Of a stretch of DNA of 16,573 nucleotides, positions 9,212-16,573 are shown piece by piece (position 1 is the first letter of the stretch; each line of letters opens with the position of its first letter). The position numbers and the translations under genes were made by a program. Under the pieces are notes generated by a model. That model worked only from the letters and a program-made list of their open reading frames with translations. It did no database searches and was not told the DNA's origin. The stretch comes from Pseudobacteriovorax sp. (GTDB lineage Bacteria; Bdellovibrionota_B; Oligoflexia; Oligoflexales; Oligoflexaceae). The stretch spans positions 1-16,573 of the forward strand of contig JBNKNM010000117.1 of the NCBI GenBank assembly GCA_050293845.1, in the 5' to 3' direction.

Positions 9212-10798
9212 CTAAGCTACTGCTACAGATTCAAATCGTCGTGATACCAGGACCTTAATCTGACCTGGATACGCAACATCCTCCTCAATTTTTTGGGCAA
9301 TATTTTCTGTAAATGATTTTAACTCATTTTCTTTTACTTTTTTATGATTGACTTCGATATGAACTTCCCGGCCTCCATTCATAATGGCTATTTTCAAGAT
9401 GCCGGGAAAGCTTTTAACCGCATCTTCAATGGCAGAGAGACGAATCTGATAGCCTTCTTCTAGGTTTACACGGGCTCCTGGGCGCGCTCCCGACAAGGTA
9501 TCCGCTGACTTCAGCACGTAGCTCATGGGAGTTTCCAGAATAAGGTCATTATGATGGGACATGACGGTGTCACAGACAATTTTATGTTCTCCATACCGAT
9601 CAGCGTAGTCGCCACTGATAACGGCATGGCTGCCTTCGATGCGATAGTCTATACCCTTGCCTATATCGTGGAGGAGTCCGCATCGCTTGGCGATCTGGGG
9701 GTCGACTCCTAATTCAAATGCTAATATACCTGCCAGCTTAGCAACTTCCAGAGAGTGATGGTACTGATTTTGTCGGTAGCTTGTGCGCCAGTTTAAGGCT
9801 CCCACCATCTTCTGGATTTCTGGATGAATCCCTTCTAGTCTGAGCTCGTTCACAGCCTTATGGCCCAGCTTTTGGGCTTGGGCTTCAATCGTTTGCCTGT
9901 GCTTTTGGAAAACTTTCTCGACGCGGTTCCACTGCGAACTGCCTCGGGGTAATAGCTCTTCTAGAGTCAAGCGTGCAGCTTCCTTATCGATACCATAGCC
10001 TCCTCCCAATTTTATGGCCGCAACGCTTTCTACTTTTTCGTCGCTAAGACCTATTTCAACCTGATCGGTAAGGGCTGTTAGATCGGCAATTAGGGAGACT
10101 TGATCGGAATTTAGGGCATCGAGAATCCTGGAGCTTGTGATCTCTACGTGACTCACTGGCTTAGGCCATACGAATTGGGGTTCATAGCGTGCTAGTAGCC
10201 GCGACAATGTCCGCTCCGCGCTTTTTTTAGAATTATTTTGCATCTGTTCGGTTAACTCCTTGATTCGCTTTTGGCTATCCAGGGTACGCGTGTTGATCAT
10301 CTTGTCACGCAGGTTCTCTTGTACCTGTTCGACCGTGCAATTGGCAACTGCTGCAAGTTTATGATGGAGTTCATGGCGACTTTCATCGATTTTCAAGGCA
10401 AGATTATTGTACGCGTCCTTGACTTTATTAACTTTGGCTTCGTAGGATTGATACTGACTTTCAACCTTAGCAAGGCGTTGCTCTTCCCGCTCTACAAACT
10501 GTTCTTGGAGGAGAATTTCCTCTTTTTCAGCTTCCAAGTCATGCTTGCGATCCTCGATGTGGGCTTCAAACTCTTCAAGGAGCATTTGCTCTTTCTCTTG
10601 CTGTCGTGAACGCGCTTCCGCAGCGATGTGTTGACTTTTTGTAATTGCTTTTTGTCTCACTATTTCACGCTGTTGCAACTGTTCTGCTTTTAGCCGTTTA
10701 GGTAAAGAGCGGCGCATTAGAATAAAGAATACGTACCCTAGAACCATACAGACCAGGGCCGTGGCCAGTAGGTGGGTACTCTCAATATTTAGATCCAT
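9212..10798 (-). CDS. rny: Ribonuclease Y family protein (N-terminal TM, coiled coil, degenerate KH, HD domain)
   Basis: RTSYRQN..HSLEVA, GLLHDIGK, EGSH, SHH, ADTLSGARPGAR, GREV, YPGQIKV; N-terminal hydrophobic helix and coiled coil; AAGGAG RBS at 10807-10812. Confidence 0.9.
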   Translation of the reverse strand: MDLNIESTHLLATALVCMVLGYVFFILMRRSLPKRLKAEQLQQREIVRQKAITKSQHIAAEARSRQQEKEQMLLEEFEAHIEDRKHDLEAEKEEILLQEQFVEREEQRLAKVESQYQSYEAKVNKVKDAYNNLALKIDESRHELHHKLAAVANCTVEQVQENLRDKMINTRTLDSQKRIKELTEQMQNNSKKSAERTLSRLLARYEPQFVWPKPVSHVEITSSRILDALNSDQVSLIADLTALTDQVEIGLSDEKVESVAAIKLGGGYGIDKEAARLTLEELLPRGSSQWNRVEKVFQKHRQTIEAQAQKLGHKAVNELRLEGIHPEIQKMVGALNWRTSYRQNQYHHSLEVAKLAGILAFELGVDPQIAKRCGLLHDIGKGIDYRIEGSHAVISGDYADRYGEHKIVCDTVMSHHNDLILETPMSYVLKSADTLSGARPGARVNLEEGYQIRLSAIEDAVKSFPGILKIAIMNGGREVHIEVNHKKVKENELKSFTENIAQKIEEDVAYPGQIKVLVSRRFESVAVA

Positions 10799-10997
10799 GG
10801 GGGTTACTCCTTCTTGCTTACTATCAGAGCATCGGAATATTCATCTCATAGGATGAGTATGATCCGTGTTATCAATTTCGAAATTAAGTTCAGAATGGCT
10901 CGCAGAAATTTACATAGCGTGCCACAATATAACGATCATACCCTAGAGGAAAACTTTATTCGATAGAAGAGATTTGTGAACGTCTCCCGGAGTACAT

Positions 10998-11792
10998 ATG
11001 AAGAACGATTTGAGAATTCTAGAAGGTATTTTGAAGGAAGCAGGGAAAGAGGTTATGAAATTCTATCGAGGTAATGATCTTAGTATATTGCAAAAAAAAG
11101 ATGATTCTTTGGTGACCAATGCTGATTTGGCAAGTGAAGCATTGATTATTTCATCCCTGAAGGAACGATTTCCCCAAGATAAGATCTTTTCAGAAGAAGC
11201 GGGTTTATCCTCTGCAGATCGGACTCAAGGGACCTATATTTGGATCATCGATCCTTTGGATGGAACCACTAATTTTGCAAATCATTACCCTTTTTTCTGT
11301 ATTTCCATTGCCCGTGGTCAGTTTTTAGAAGACGGACGTATTAGCATTGTATTGGGAGGTATATATGACCCAGTGCGTGATGAGTGTTATCTAGCTTCTA
11401 TAGGTGAGGGAGCCACATGCAATGGTAGTCCTATTTATGTTCGCGATGATCGAGCCCCAGAGCTTGCCTTTATTGTCACAGGTTTCTCTTATCATAAAGG
11501 GGTAGAGCTGCGTAAGGATATCGAACGCTTCCTCAGCGTCGCCGAGCGATGCCAAAGCATACGTCGCGATGGAGCTGCTGCTTTGGATTTGGCCTATGTT
11601 GCGAAAGGCATTTTTGATGGGTATTGGGAGTGTGGCTTAAAACCTTGGGATATAGCGGCTGGTTCTTTGCTTGTCTCTGAGGCCGGGGGATACGTTTATA
11701 ATCCTAGTGTGGACCATGTCTTTAATACGGAATCAGAAGGAATTCTCTGCGGCACCCAGTCGATTACAGAATACCTTTTAGATAGTATGTAA
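10998..11792 (+). CDS. suhB: Inositol monophosphatase family protein (SuhB-like)
   Basis: LVTNAD, SEE, WIIDPLDGTTNF, RRDGAAALDLAYVA, LKPWDIAAG motifs. Confidence 0.9.
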   Translation: MKNDLRILEGILKEAGKEVMKFYRGNDLSILQKKDDSLVTNADLASEALIISSLKERFPQDKIFSEEAGLSSADRTQGTYIWIIDPLDGTTNFANHYPFFCISIARGQFLEDGRISIVLGGIYDPVRDECYLASIGEGATCNGSPIYVRDDRAPELAFIVTGFSYHKGVELRKDIERFLSVAERCQSIRRDGAAALDLAYVAKGIFDGYWECGLKPWDIAAGSLLVSEAGGYVYNPSVDHVFNTESEGILCGTQSITEYLLDSM

Positions 11793-11795
11793 AAT

Positions 11796-11824
11796 TTGGC
11801 CTCGATGGGTCTTCTTGCTATATT
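11796..11824 (+). promoter_or_regulatory. Candidate sigma70-type promoter with extended -10
   Basis: TTGGCC (11796-11801), 17-nt spacer, TATATT (11819-11824), with TG at 11816-11817. Confidence 0.4.
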
Positions 11825-11852
11825 ATAGTAAGACAGCTTGGGAGGTCGAAGA

Positions 11853-12596
11853 TTGCATTTTTTAGGGCTAATATCGGTTTTAATTATACTAAGTGGTGAG
11901 GCATACTCTAGTAATAATACGCAGAACTACGATAGAGTGTATCTCAATTGGTCAACAATGAGGATCAATTTTTTCGGAGTGACCGAGGCGGGAGACTCTC
12001 TTCGAGGCGCTGAAGAGCAAGCCATTAAGGAAGGTCTTAGCTATATTGTCAACGCTCTGCCTGCCATACGTCAATCAGCACTGGGGGCTGCCCTTGCGGG
12101 AGATCCACAAAGCCAAAGACAGGTGGCTGAAAGTATCTCGAAGAATACCTACTTAGCAGAGACCATATACTATGCTGATGGTAAGGTTGTGGCACGATTA
12201 GAGAGCAGCCTAACAAGGGCTCTGGCCCCCGACGGTATGAGCTTGGCTAAGCAGCAGGCTAGTCATGAAGAAAGCAAAAACTCTGGAGTTTTGATATTCT
12301 TAGAATCAGAAATGGACCCACAGATGATCTTTGAGATACAAGATGAGTTTGGTCGGGTTTTATATAGAGTTGATGATGTTGTAGCAGCCGAATTCAGTAA
12401 GAACTTCATGGGTCGCTTTTATTCTGCTAAAAATCGCCGTCAGTCACGCTACTATGTAGGGAAAAACCCTGTGGAAATTAAAGGAACTTTGAAGGGTGAC
12501 CACACTATAGTGATCAAGCAAAAAACCTGGTTAGGCAAGATTAAAGGCAATCGGGGATTGTTGGAACGTGCTAGAATTGCAATATTAACTAAGTGA
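11853..12596 (+). CDS. Exported hypothetical protein (weak resemblance to LPP20-annotated periplasmic proteins)
   Basis: Hydrophobic signal-like N-terminus ending EAYS; motifs NWS, SGVLI, DEFGRVLY, VGKNP. TTG 11853 lies 7 nt after GGAGG; the ORF track starts at 11838. Confidence 0.65.
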   Translation: MHFLGLISVLIILSGEAYSSNNTQNYDRVYLNWSTMRINFFGVTEAGDSLRGAEEQAIKEGLSYIVNALPAIRQSALGAALAGDPQSQRQVAESISKNTYLAETIYYADGKVVARLESSLTRALAPDGMSLAKQQASHEESKNSGVLIFLESEMDPQMIFEIQDEFGRVLYRVDDVVAAEFSKNFMGRFYSAKNRRQSRYYVGKNPVEIKGTLKGDHTIVIKQKTWLGKIKGNRGLLERARIAILTK

Positions 12597-12734
12597 TACT
12601 CCCTTTTCTTTCCTAGCCCCCAGTTCCCTAATGGGGGGCATGATTCGCATCTGTTCGCAGTCAATGCATTCTGGGGAATTTCCCAACTGAATTCCCAGAT
12701 CCGGGATTTTACTGTTGATGTTGCCCCTTCATAA

Positions 12735-12826
12735 ATGTTAGGAAACCCATTCCGAGCTGCGGCAGGAACAGTCCTGTCCCATTTTGTGCGGGCTCCATAA
12801 ACGCTCGGGTGAGAGCTGCCTAGCAT
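12735..12826 (+). ncRNA. Candidate structured 5' leader of rpmI-rplT (possible L20 autoregulatory leader)
   Basis: Nested stems ATGTTAGG/CCTAGCAT (12735-12742/12819-12826), TCCGAGC/GCTCGGG (12751-12757/12803-12809) and GGCAGGA/TCCTGTC (12761-12767/12772-12778). G-U pairs favour the + strand. Confidence 0.45.
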
Positions 12827-12848
12827 AAACTAATAGAAAGGGTATAAT

Positions 12849-13046
12849 ATGCCGAAAATAAAGACTAAACGTGCGGCTGCAAAGCGGTTTAGTATTTCTC
12901 CTTCCGGGAAAATCCGTCGTAACCACGCCAATAAGCAACATATCTTGACTAAGAAAAAGCGCTCCAGGCTCAATAAGCTTAAAAAAGCTGCCTATGTTGT
13001 GCCTGCAGACGTAAAATTGGTACTGCGTTGCTTACCAAACGGATAA
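12849..13046 (+). CDS. rpmI: 50S ribosomal protein L35
   Basis: [14 protein letters not shown]...GKI...HILTKK...LP; 65 aa; directly upstream of rplT. Confidence 0.98.
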   Translation: MPKIKTKRAAAKRFSISPSGKIRRNHANKQHILTKKKRSRLNKLKKAAYVVPADVKLVLRCLPNG

Positions 13047-13073
13047 TTCGTAACCCTGGAGAAAGGATAATAT

Positions 13074-13430
13074 ATGTCTCGTGCTAAACGTGGCTTTAAA
13101 GCCCGCCGTAGAAGAAAAAAAATACTTGGCCTTGCCAAAGGTTACCGCGGTTCGCGTAAGAACCGATTCAGAAACTCTGTCCATGTAGTCAAAAGGGCAT
13201 TGGCCTTTTCATACCGCGATCGTCGGGTCAGAAAACGAGAGTTTCGTAGGTTATGGATTGTTAGGATTAATGCAGCGGCCAGGAGCGAAGGAATGCGCTA
13301 TTCTGAGCTAGTTAATGGCTTGAAAAAAGCTAATATAGCTTTGGATAGAAGCGTTTTGGCTGATATGGCCATTAGTGATGCCAAGGCTTTTTCAGAGCTT
13401 GTTGCAAAAGCCAAGGCTGCTTTAGCTTAG
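13074..13430 (+). CDS. rplT: 50S ribosomal protein L20
   Basis: MSRAKRG...AKGYRG...[24 protein letters not shown]...[10 protein letters not shown]. Confidence 0.99.
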   Translation: MSRAKRGFKARRRRKKILGLAKGYRGSRKNRFRNSVHVVKRALAFSYRDRRVRKREFRRLWIVRINAAARSEGMRYSELVNGLKKANIALDRSVLADMAISDAKAFSELVAKAKAALA

Positions 13431-13445
13431 TGTAAAAAAAACATG

Positions 13446-13560
13446 TTATCCACAGCTGAGCAATTAGCTGTGGATTTTTTATTTTAAAATAAAAATTAAC
13501 GAGTTAACCGCTAAGCAAGGCGGTTGGGGCAAGTACTTATCCACATGCAGTTGTGGATAA
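13446..13560. promoter_or_regulatory. DnaA-box cluster
   Basis: Perfect TTATCCACA at 13446-13454 and 13537-13545, perfect reverse box TGTGGATAA at 13552-13560, 2-mismatch reverse box TGTGGATTT at 13469-13477; AT-only tract at about 13474-13499. Confidence 0.8.
13448..13485 (+). terminator. Rho-independent terminator of rpmI-rplT
   Basis: 12-bp stem ATCCACAGCTGA / TTAGCTGTGGAT (one G-U pair), GCAA tetraloop, followed by TTTTTATTTT. Confidence 0.85.
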
Positions 13561-13664
13561 CATAGCCCTTCTACAAATGACACAGTCAGGTCGATCTCAT
13601 TGGGATTTGAGTTGATGAGTATGTTTGATTTTGAAAGTGAGTGCAAGAGTTTTCGCATAGAACT

Positions 13665-13748
13665 TGGTGCGGACGGGGAGACTTGAACTCCCACGCCGAA
13701 GGCATTGGCTTCTAAGACCAACGTGTCTACCAATTCCACCACATCCGC
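13665..13748 (-). tRNA. tRNA-Leu (anticodon TAG)
   Basis: Reverse complement GCGGATGTGGTGGAATTGGTAGACACGTTGGTCTTAGAAGCCAATGCCTTCGGCGTGGGAGTTCAAGTCTCCCCGTCCGCACCA: acceptor stem, D-loop GG, anticodon loop CTTAGAA, long variable arm, TTCAA T-loop, encoded CCA. Confidence 0.98.
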
Positions 13749-13873
13749 GTGTGGATTGTGTATTTGCCCTGAATAGCAGCTTTTGTCAACCCTTTAATTT
13801 TTAAACCTTATGACTTTCTTCACAGTCAATTATAGCTTAGATTATAGAGTCGAATGTAGAGTGGAGAAAGGTC

Positions 13874-14116
13874 ATGTCCAAGGACGAAAAAGTAGAGTTC
13901 ACAGCTCTCGTTTTAGGTTTTTGTTCAGCAGCGCTATCCTATATGGGATATGGCGATCAAACGGCAACGAAAAATCTGCCCTTAGCAAAGCAAAATATTG
14001 ATATTATTTCTTTATTACAAGAAAAGACCAAAGGTAACCTTACAGAAGATGAAGAAAAACTGCTAACAGAGGCCCTCTCAGATCTAAAATCGAAGTTTGT
14101 TGAAGCCTCTAAGTAA
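13874..14116 (+). CDS. DUF1844 domain-containing protein
   Basis: NLPLAKQNIDIISLLQEKTKGNLTEDEEKLL...L..LK..FV is the pattern I recall for DUF1844; GGAG RBS. Confidence 0.85.
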   Translation: MSKDEKVEFTALVLGFCSAALSYMGYGDQTATKNLPLAKQNIDIISLLQEKTKGNLTEDEEKLLTEALSDLKSKFVEASK

Positions 14117-14132
14117 GCCACTCTTTGCAGCC

Positions 14133-14160
14133 CTAAATACACCGGCATTTGCTCCGATAA
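14133..14160 (+). promoter_or_regulatory. Candidate sigma28 (FliA/SigD) promoter
   Basis: CTAAA (TAAA at 14134-14137), exactly 15-nt spacer, TCCGATAA (14153-14160) versus consensus TAAA-N15-GCCGATAA; ends 22 nt before the ATG at 14183. Confidence 0.7.
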
Positions 14161-14182
14161 GCTGAAAAAGCTGGAGCGTTTT

Positions 14183-16573
14183 ATGGATGTTGGAAAGTAT
14201 GACTTTGAGTGCCGCAAAGTTCTGCACTTTGGGTTGCGATATGCAAAAGGATTGGGGCATGACCACTTAGAATGTGAGCACGTAGCATTGGCGGTGTTGC
14301 GTGCTAATTGGGATTTATTACCAGCCATGACCCATGGCATTGCAGAAAAAGCCTTGGAGCAATTTTTAGGCTCATATCCCAAAAAGTTTGGCTCAATCGA
14401 GGTAGAGTTTGGACCACGACTCAATTACTGTCTAGACCAGGTTGAAGCCAAGTCTGATGGCTTAGTTTCCGTTACCCTCCTGTGGCAGATGCTGACGCAA
14501 AACTCGACAATTCTACGCAACGCGATTGCTAAAGGTCAAATGGAGCAGAAGAAAGGCGAAGCTTTTCAGGAAGTTCAGTTTGAATCCCTGGATGAGCAGC
14601 CTAAGACTCCCCATCGTGGGCCATCCTCTGATTCTGATGATGCAACGATGCCTCCGGAAGTGCATACAGCCAAGAAGAAGGCGGTAGAGATTGACCGTCA
14701 TCTTAAGAATTACACCACAGATCTTACTGAGCTGGCCAGTCGTGGAGACATAGACCCCATCTTTGGCAGGGAGCAAGAAATCAGAAGAGTTCTGGAAGTA
14801 TTGGGGCGCAAGAAGAAAAATAATCCTATCCTTATTGGTGAACCAGGAGTTGGTAAAACAGCTATCGCTGAGGGGATAGCTTTAAAGATTATTGAAGAGA
14901 AGGTCCCTGAGTCCTTGAAAGGAGTGCGGGTGCTATCCCTGGACTTAAGTTCTCTTGTGGCAGGCAGTCGATATAGGGGAGAGTTCGAGGAACGGTTACA
15001 AAAAATTATTGCAACCATTAGCGAGTTGGGTAGTAAGGTTATCCTTTTTATCGACGAAATCCACACCATCATTGGTGCTGGTCAGGCCGAAGGTAGCATG
15101 GATGCTGCTAATATTCTGAAGCCAGCTCTCGCCAGGGGGGAGTTGCGATGTCTAGGTGCGACAACCCTTGCCGAATATCGTCGGTACTTTGAAAAAGACG
15201 CGGCCTTGGAAAGGCGGTTTCAGCCGGTTACCGTGTCAGAGCCATCAAATGAGATTTCTTTGGTCATCCTTAGGGGGCTGAAGAAACGCTATGAAATTCA
15301 CCACGCTGTTACCATTGATGATGAGGCATTAAGAGCGGCTGTGGAGTATGGTGATCGTTATTTACCTCAAAGACGGCTACCGGATAAGGCTATAGACTTG
15401 GTTGATGAAGCAGCATCGCGGCTGCGTCTCGCCATAGAAAGTGTCCCGCGAGAGCTGGACGCCTTACAAAGTCAGATCTCCGATTTAGAAATGCAAAAAC
15501 AAACTATATCCCACGGTGTCAGAAATCAAAAAGCTCTGGTACAAATTAATGTAAAGCTGGAAAATCTAAAGAAAGAGTGCGAGAAGATCGAGAATTCATG
15601 GCGGCTGCATCAAAGGCTGCATGATGAAGTCAGTCAGCAAGAAAAGCAAATGGAGGACCTAACAGCTCTTTATGAAACGGCTAAATCACAAGGTGACTTT
15701 GAATTTGCTGCAAAACTCGAATTAGTAGAGATCCCTAAGCACGAATCCGCCTTGCAAGAGAAAAAACAGGCTATTACAGCTTTAGAGCAGGCAAATGCTT
15801 ACCTATGCCAAGTCGTTGGTAAATTTGAGATTGGTCAGGTCATAAGTGAATGGACCGGTATACCGGTGAGCAAAATTTTATCTCCCGAAAAAGATCAATT
15901 GCAAACCATCGAATTCCGATTGAGAGAAAGGGTTTATGGGCAGGATGAGGCATTAAACTTAATTGCTAAAGCAGTACGACGAGCCTTAACTGGTGTCAAT
16001 GACCCTCGTAAGCCCTTGGGTACGTTTTTACTCACTGGTCCAACAGGGGTTGGTAAGACAGAAACAGCTAAGGCTTTAGCAGCTGAACTATTTACTAATG
16101 AAAAGCATCTGATTCGCTTCGATATGTCCGAGTATATGGCAGAACATCAGGTGGCACGCTTGATAGGTTCGCCGCCAGGATATATAGGCCATGGGGAAGG
16201 CGGTGAGCTTACCGATGCGGTGCGCAACCAACCACATGCTGTTGTTCTGTTTGATGAAATTGAGAAGGCCCATCCCCGCGTGCTCGACATCCTATTGCAG
16301 GTGATGGACGATGGGCATTTGACGGATTCGACGGGTAAAGTCGCAGACTTTAAACAGACTTTGATTATACTTACGAGTAATTTGACCGTGTATGAAGATC
16401 CAAGCGACCCGGCCGGTCGCAAAGAAAGTTTACGAAACTCGCTTTGTGAATATTTGCGACCCGAATTTGTCAACCGCATTGATGAAATTGTCATTTACCA
16501 AGCCCTTGGTTCCAGGGAGTTGGTTCACCTGATTGATAAGTTACTGGAGCAGTTAAACTTTAGGCTGAATTCC
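14183..16573 (+). CDS. clpB: ClpB-like Hsp100 AAA+ ATPase, 3'-truncated by window edge (797 codons visible)
   Basis: Manual translation from ATG 14183 (GGAG RBS): [50 protein letters not shown], long coiled-coil M domain, [42 protein letters not shown]. No IGF ClpP-binding loop after TSN. Missing from the ORF track because there is no stop codon in the window. Confidence 0.88.
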   Translation, partial: MDVGKYDFECRKVLHFGLRYAKGLGHDHLECEHVALAVLRANWDLLPAMTHGIAEKALEQFLGSYPKKFGSIEVEFGPRLNYCLDQVEAKSDGLVSVTLLWQMLTQNSTILRNAIAKGQMEQKKGEAFQEVQFESLDEQPKTPHRGPSSDSDDATMPPEVHTAKKKAVEIDRHLKNYTTDLTELASRGDIDPIFGREQEIRRVLEVLGRKKKNNPILIGEPGVGKTAIAEGIALKIIEEKVPESLKGVRVLSLDLSSLVAGSRYRGEFEERLQKIIATISELGSKVILFIDEIHTIIGAGQAEGSMDAANILKPALARGELRCLGATTLAEYRRYFEKDAALERRFQPVTVSEPSNEISLVILRGLKKRYEIHHAVTIDDEALRAAVEYGDRYLPQRRLPDKAIDLVDEAASRLRLAIESVPRELDALQSQISDLEMQKQTISHGVRNQKALVQINVKLENLKKECEKIENSWRLHQRLHDEVSQQEKQMEDLTALYETAKSQGDFEFAAKLELVEIPKHESALQEKKQAITALEQANAYLCQVVGKFEIGQVISEWTGIPVSKILSPEKDQLQTIEFRLRERVYGQDEALNLIAKAVRRALTGVNDPRKPLGTFLLTGPTGVGKTETAKALAAELFTNEKHLIRFDMSEYMAEHQVARLIGSPPGYIGHGEGGELTDAVRNQPHAVVLFDEIEKAHPRVLDILLQVMDDGHLTDSTGKVADFKQTLIILTSNLTVYEDPSDPAGRKESLRNSLCEYLRPEFVNRIDEIVIYQALGSRELVHLIDKLLEQLNFRLNS

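Noticed and set aside
12597..12848. SRP RNA or 6S RNA in the rpmI upstream region
   Set aside because: No SRP domain IV motif (CAGG..GGAA..AGCAG) seen on either strand, and no roughly 180-nt rod with a central bubble is evident.
12452..12941. 124-aa and 67-aa minus-strand ORFs
   Set aside because: Antisense to the exported protein, leader and rpmI, with no recognisable motifs.
13561..13660. DnaA-trio unwinding element next to the boxes
   Set aside because: No convincing run of trinucleotide repeats adjacent to a box, so oriC is not called outright.
13479..13742. 87-aa minus-strand ORF
   Set aside because: It overlaps tRNA-Leu and the DnaA-box/terminator region; a spurious reading of the tRNA.
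13561..13748. tRNA-Leu as an integration site for a genomic island
   Set aside because: No integrase, no duplicated tRNA 3' end noticed, and core genes on both sides.
13957..16494. Minus-strand ORFs listed across the right end
   Set aside because: Shadows of the long plus-strand ClpB-like ORF that the track omitted.

Overview
Chromosomal core-genome window from a diderm bacterium (lpxC present; DnaK has the Gram-negative N-terminal insert). Gene content (RNase Y, DUF1844, many TPR proteins) suggests a former deltaproteobacterial lineage such as Bdellovibrionota/Oligoflexia; this is inference only. Order: lpxC 3' end, TPR protein (-), short ComEC-family gene, stand-alone receiver, Zn-ribbon membrane protein (-), dnaK with a terminator running into a (GTTTTT)8 repeat, a minus-strand cluster (RNase Y-like, TPR, receiver-TPR, UDG/psi-like), suhB-family, exported hypothetical, structured leader plus rpmI-rplT (no infC), DnaA-box cluster, tRNA-Leu(TAG) (-), DUF1844, and a ClpB-like ATPase running off the right end (absent from the ORF track). 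No mobile element or CRISPR array was seen. Best leads: (1) a KH-degenerate RNase Y coupled to TPR and Asp-less receiver-TPR genes and a psi/UDG-like gene; (2) three perfect DnaA boxes away from dnaA, one inside the rplT terminator; (3) a sigma28-type promoter before a ClpB that lacks the DnaK-contacting Tyr; (4) a candidate L20 leader. All family assignments come from motif recognition by eye, not database searches.
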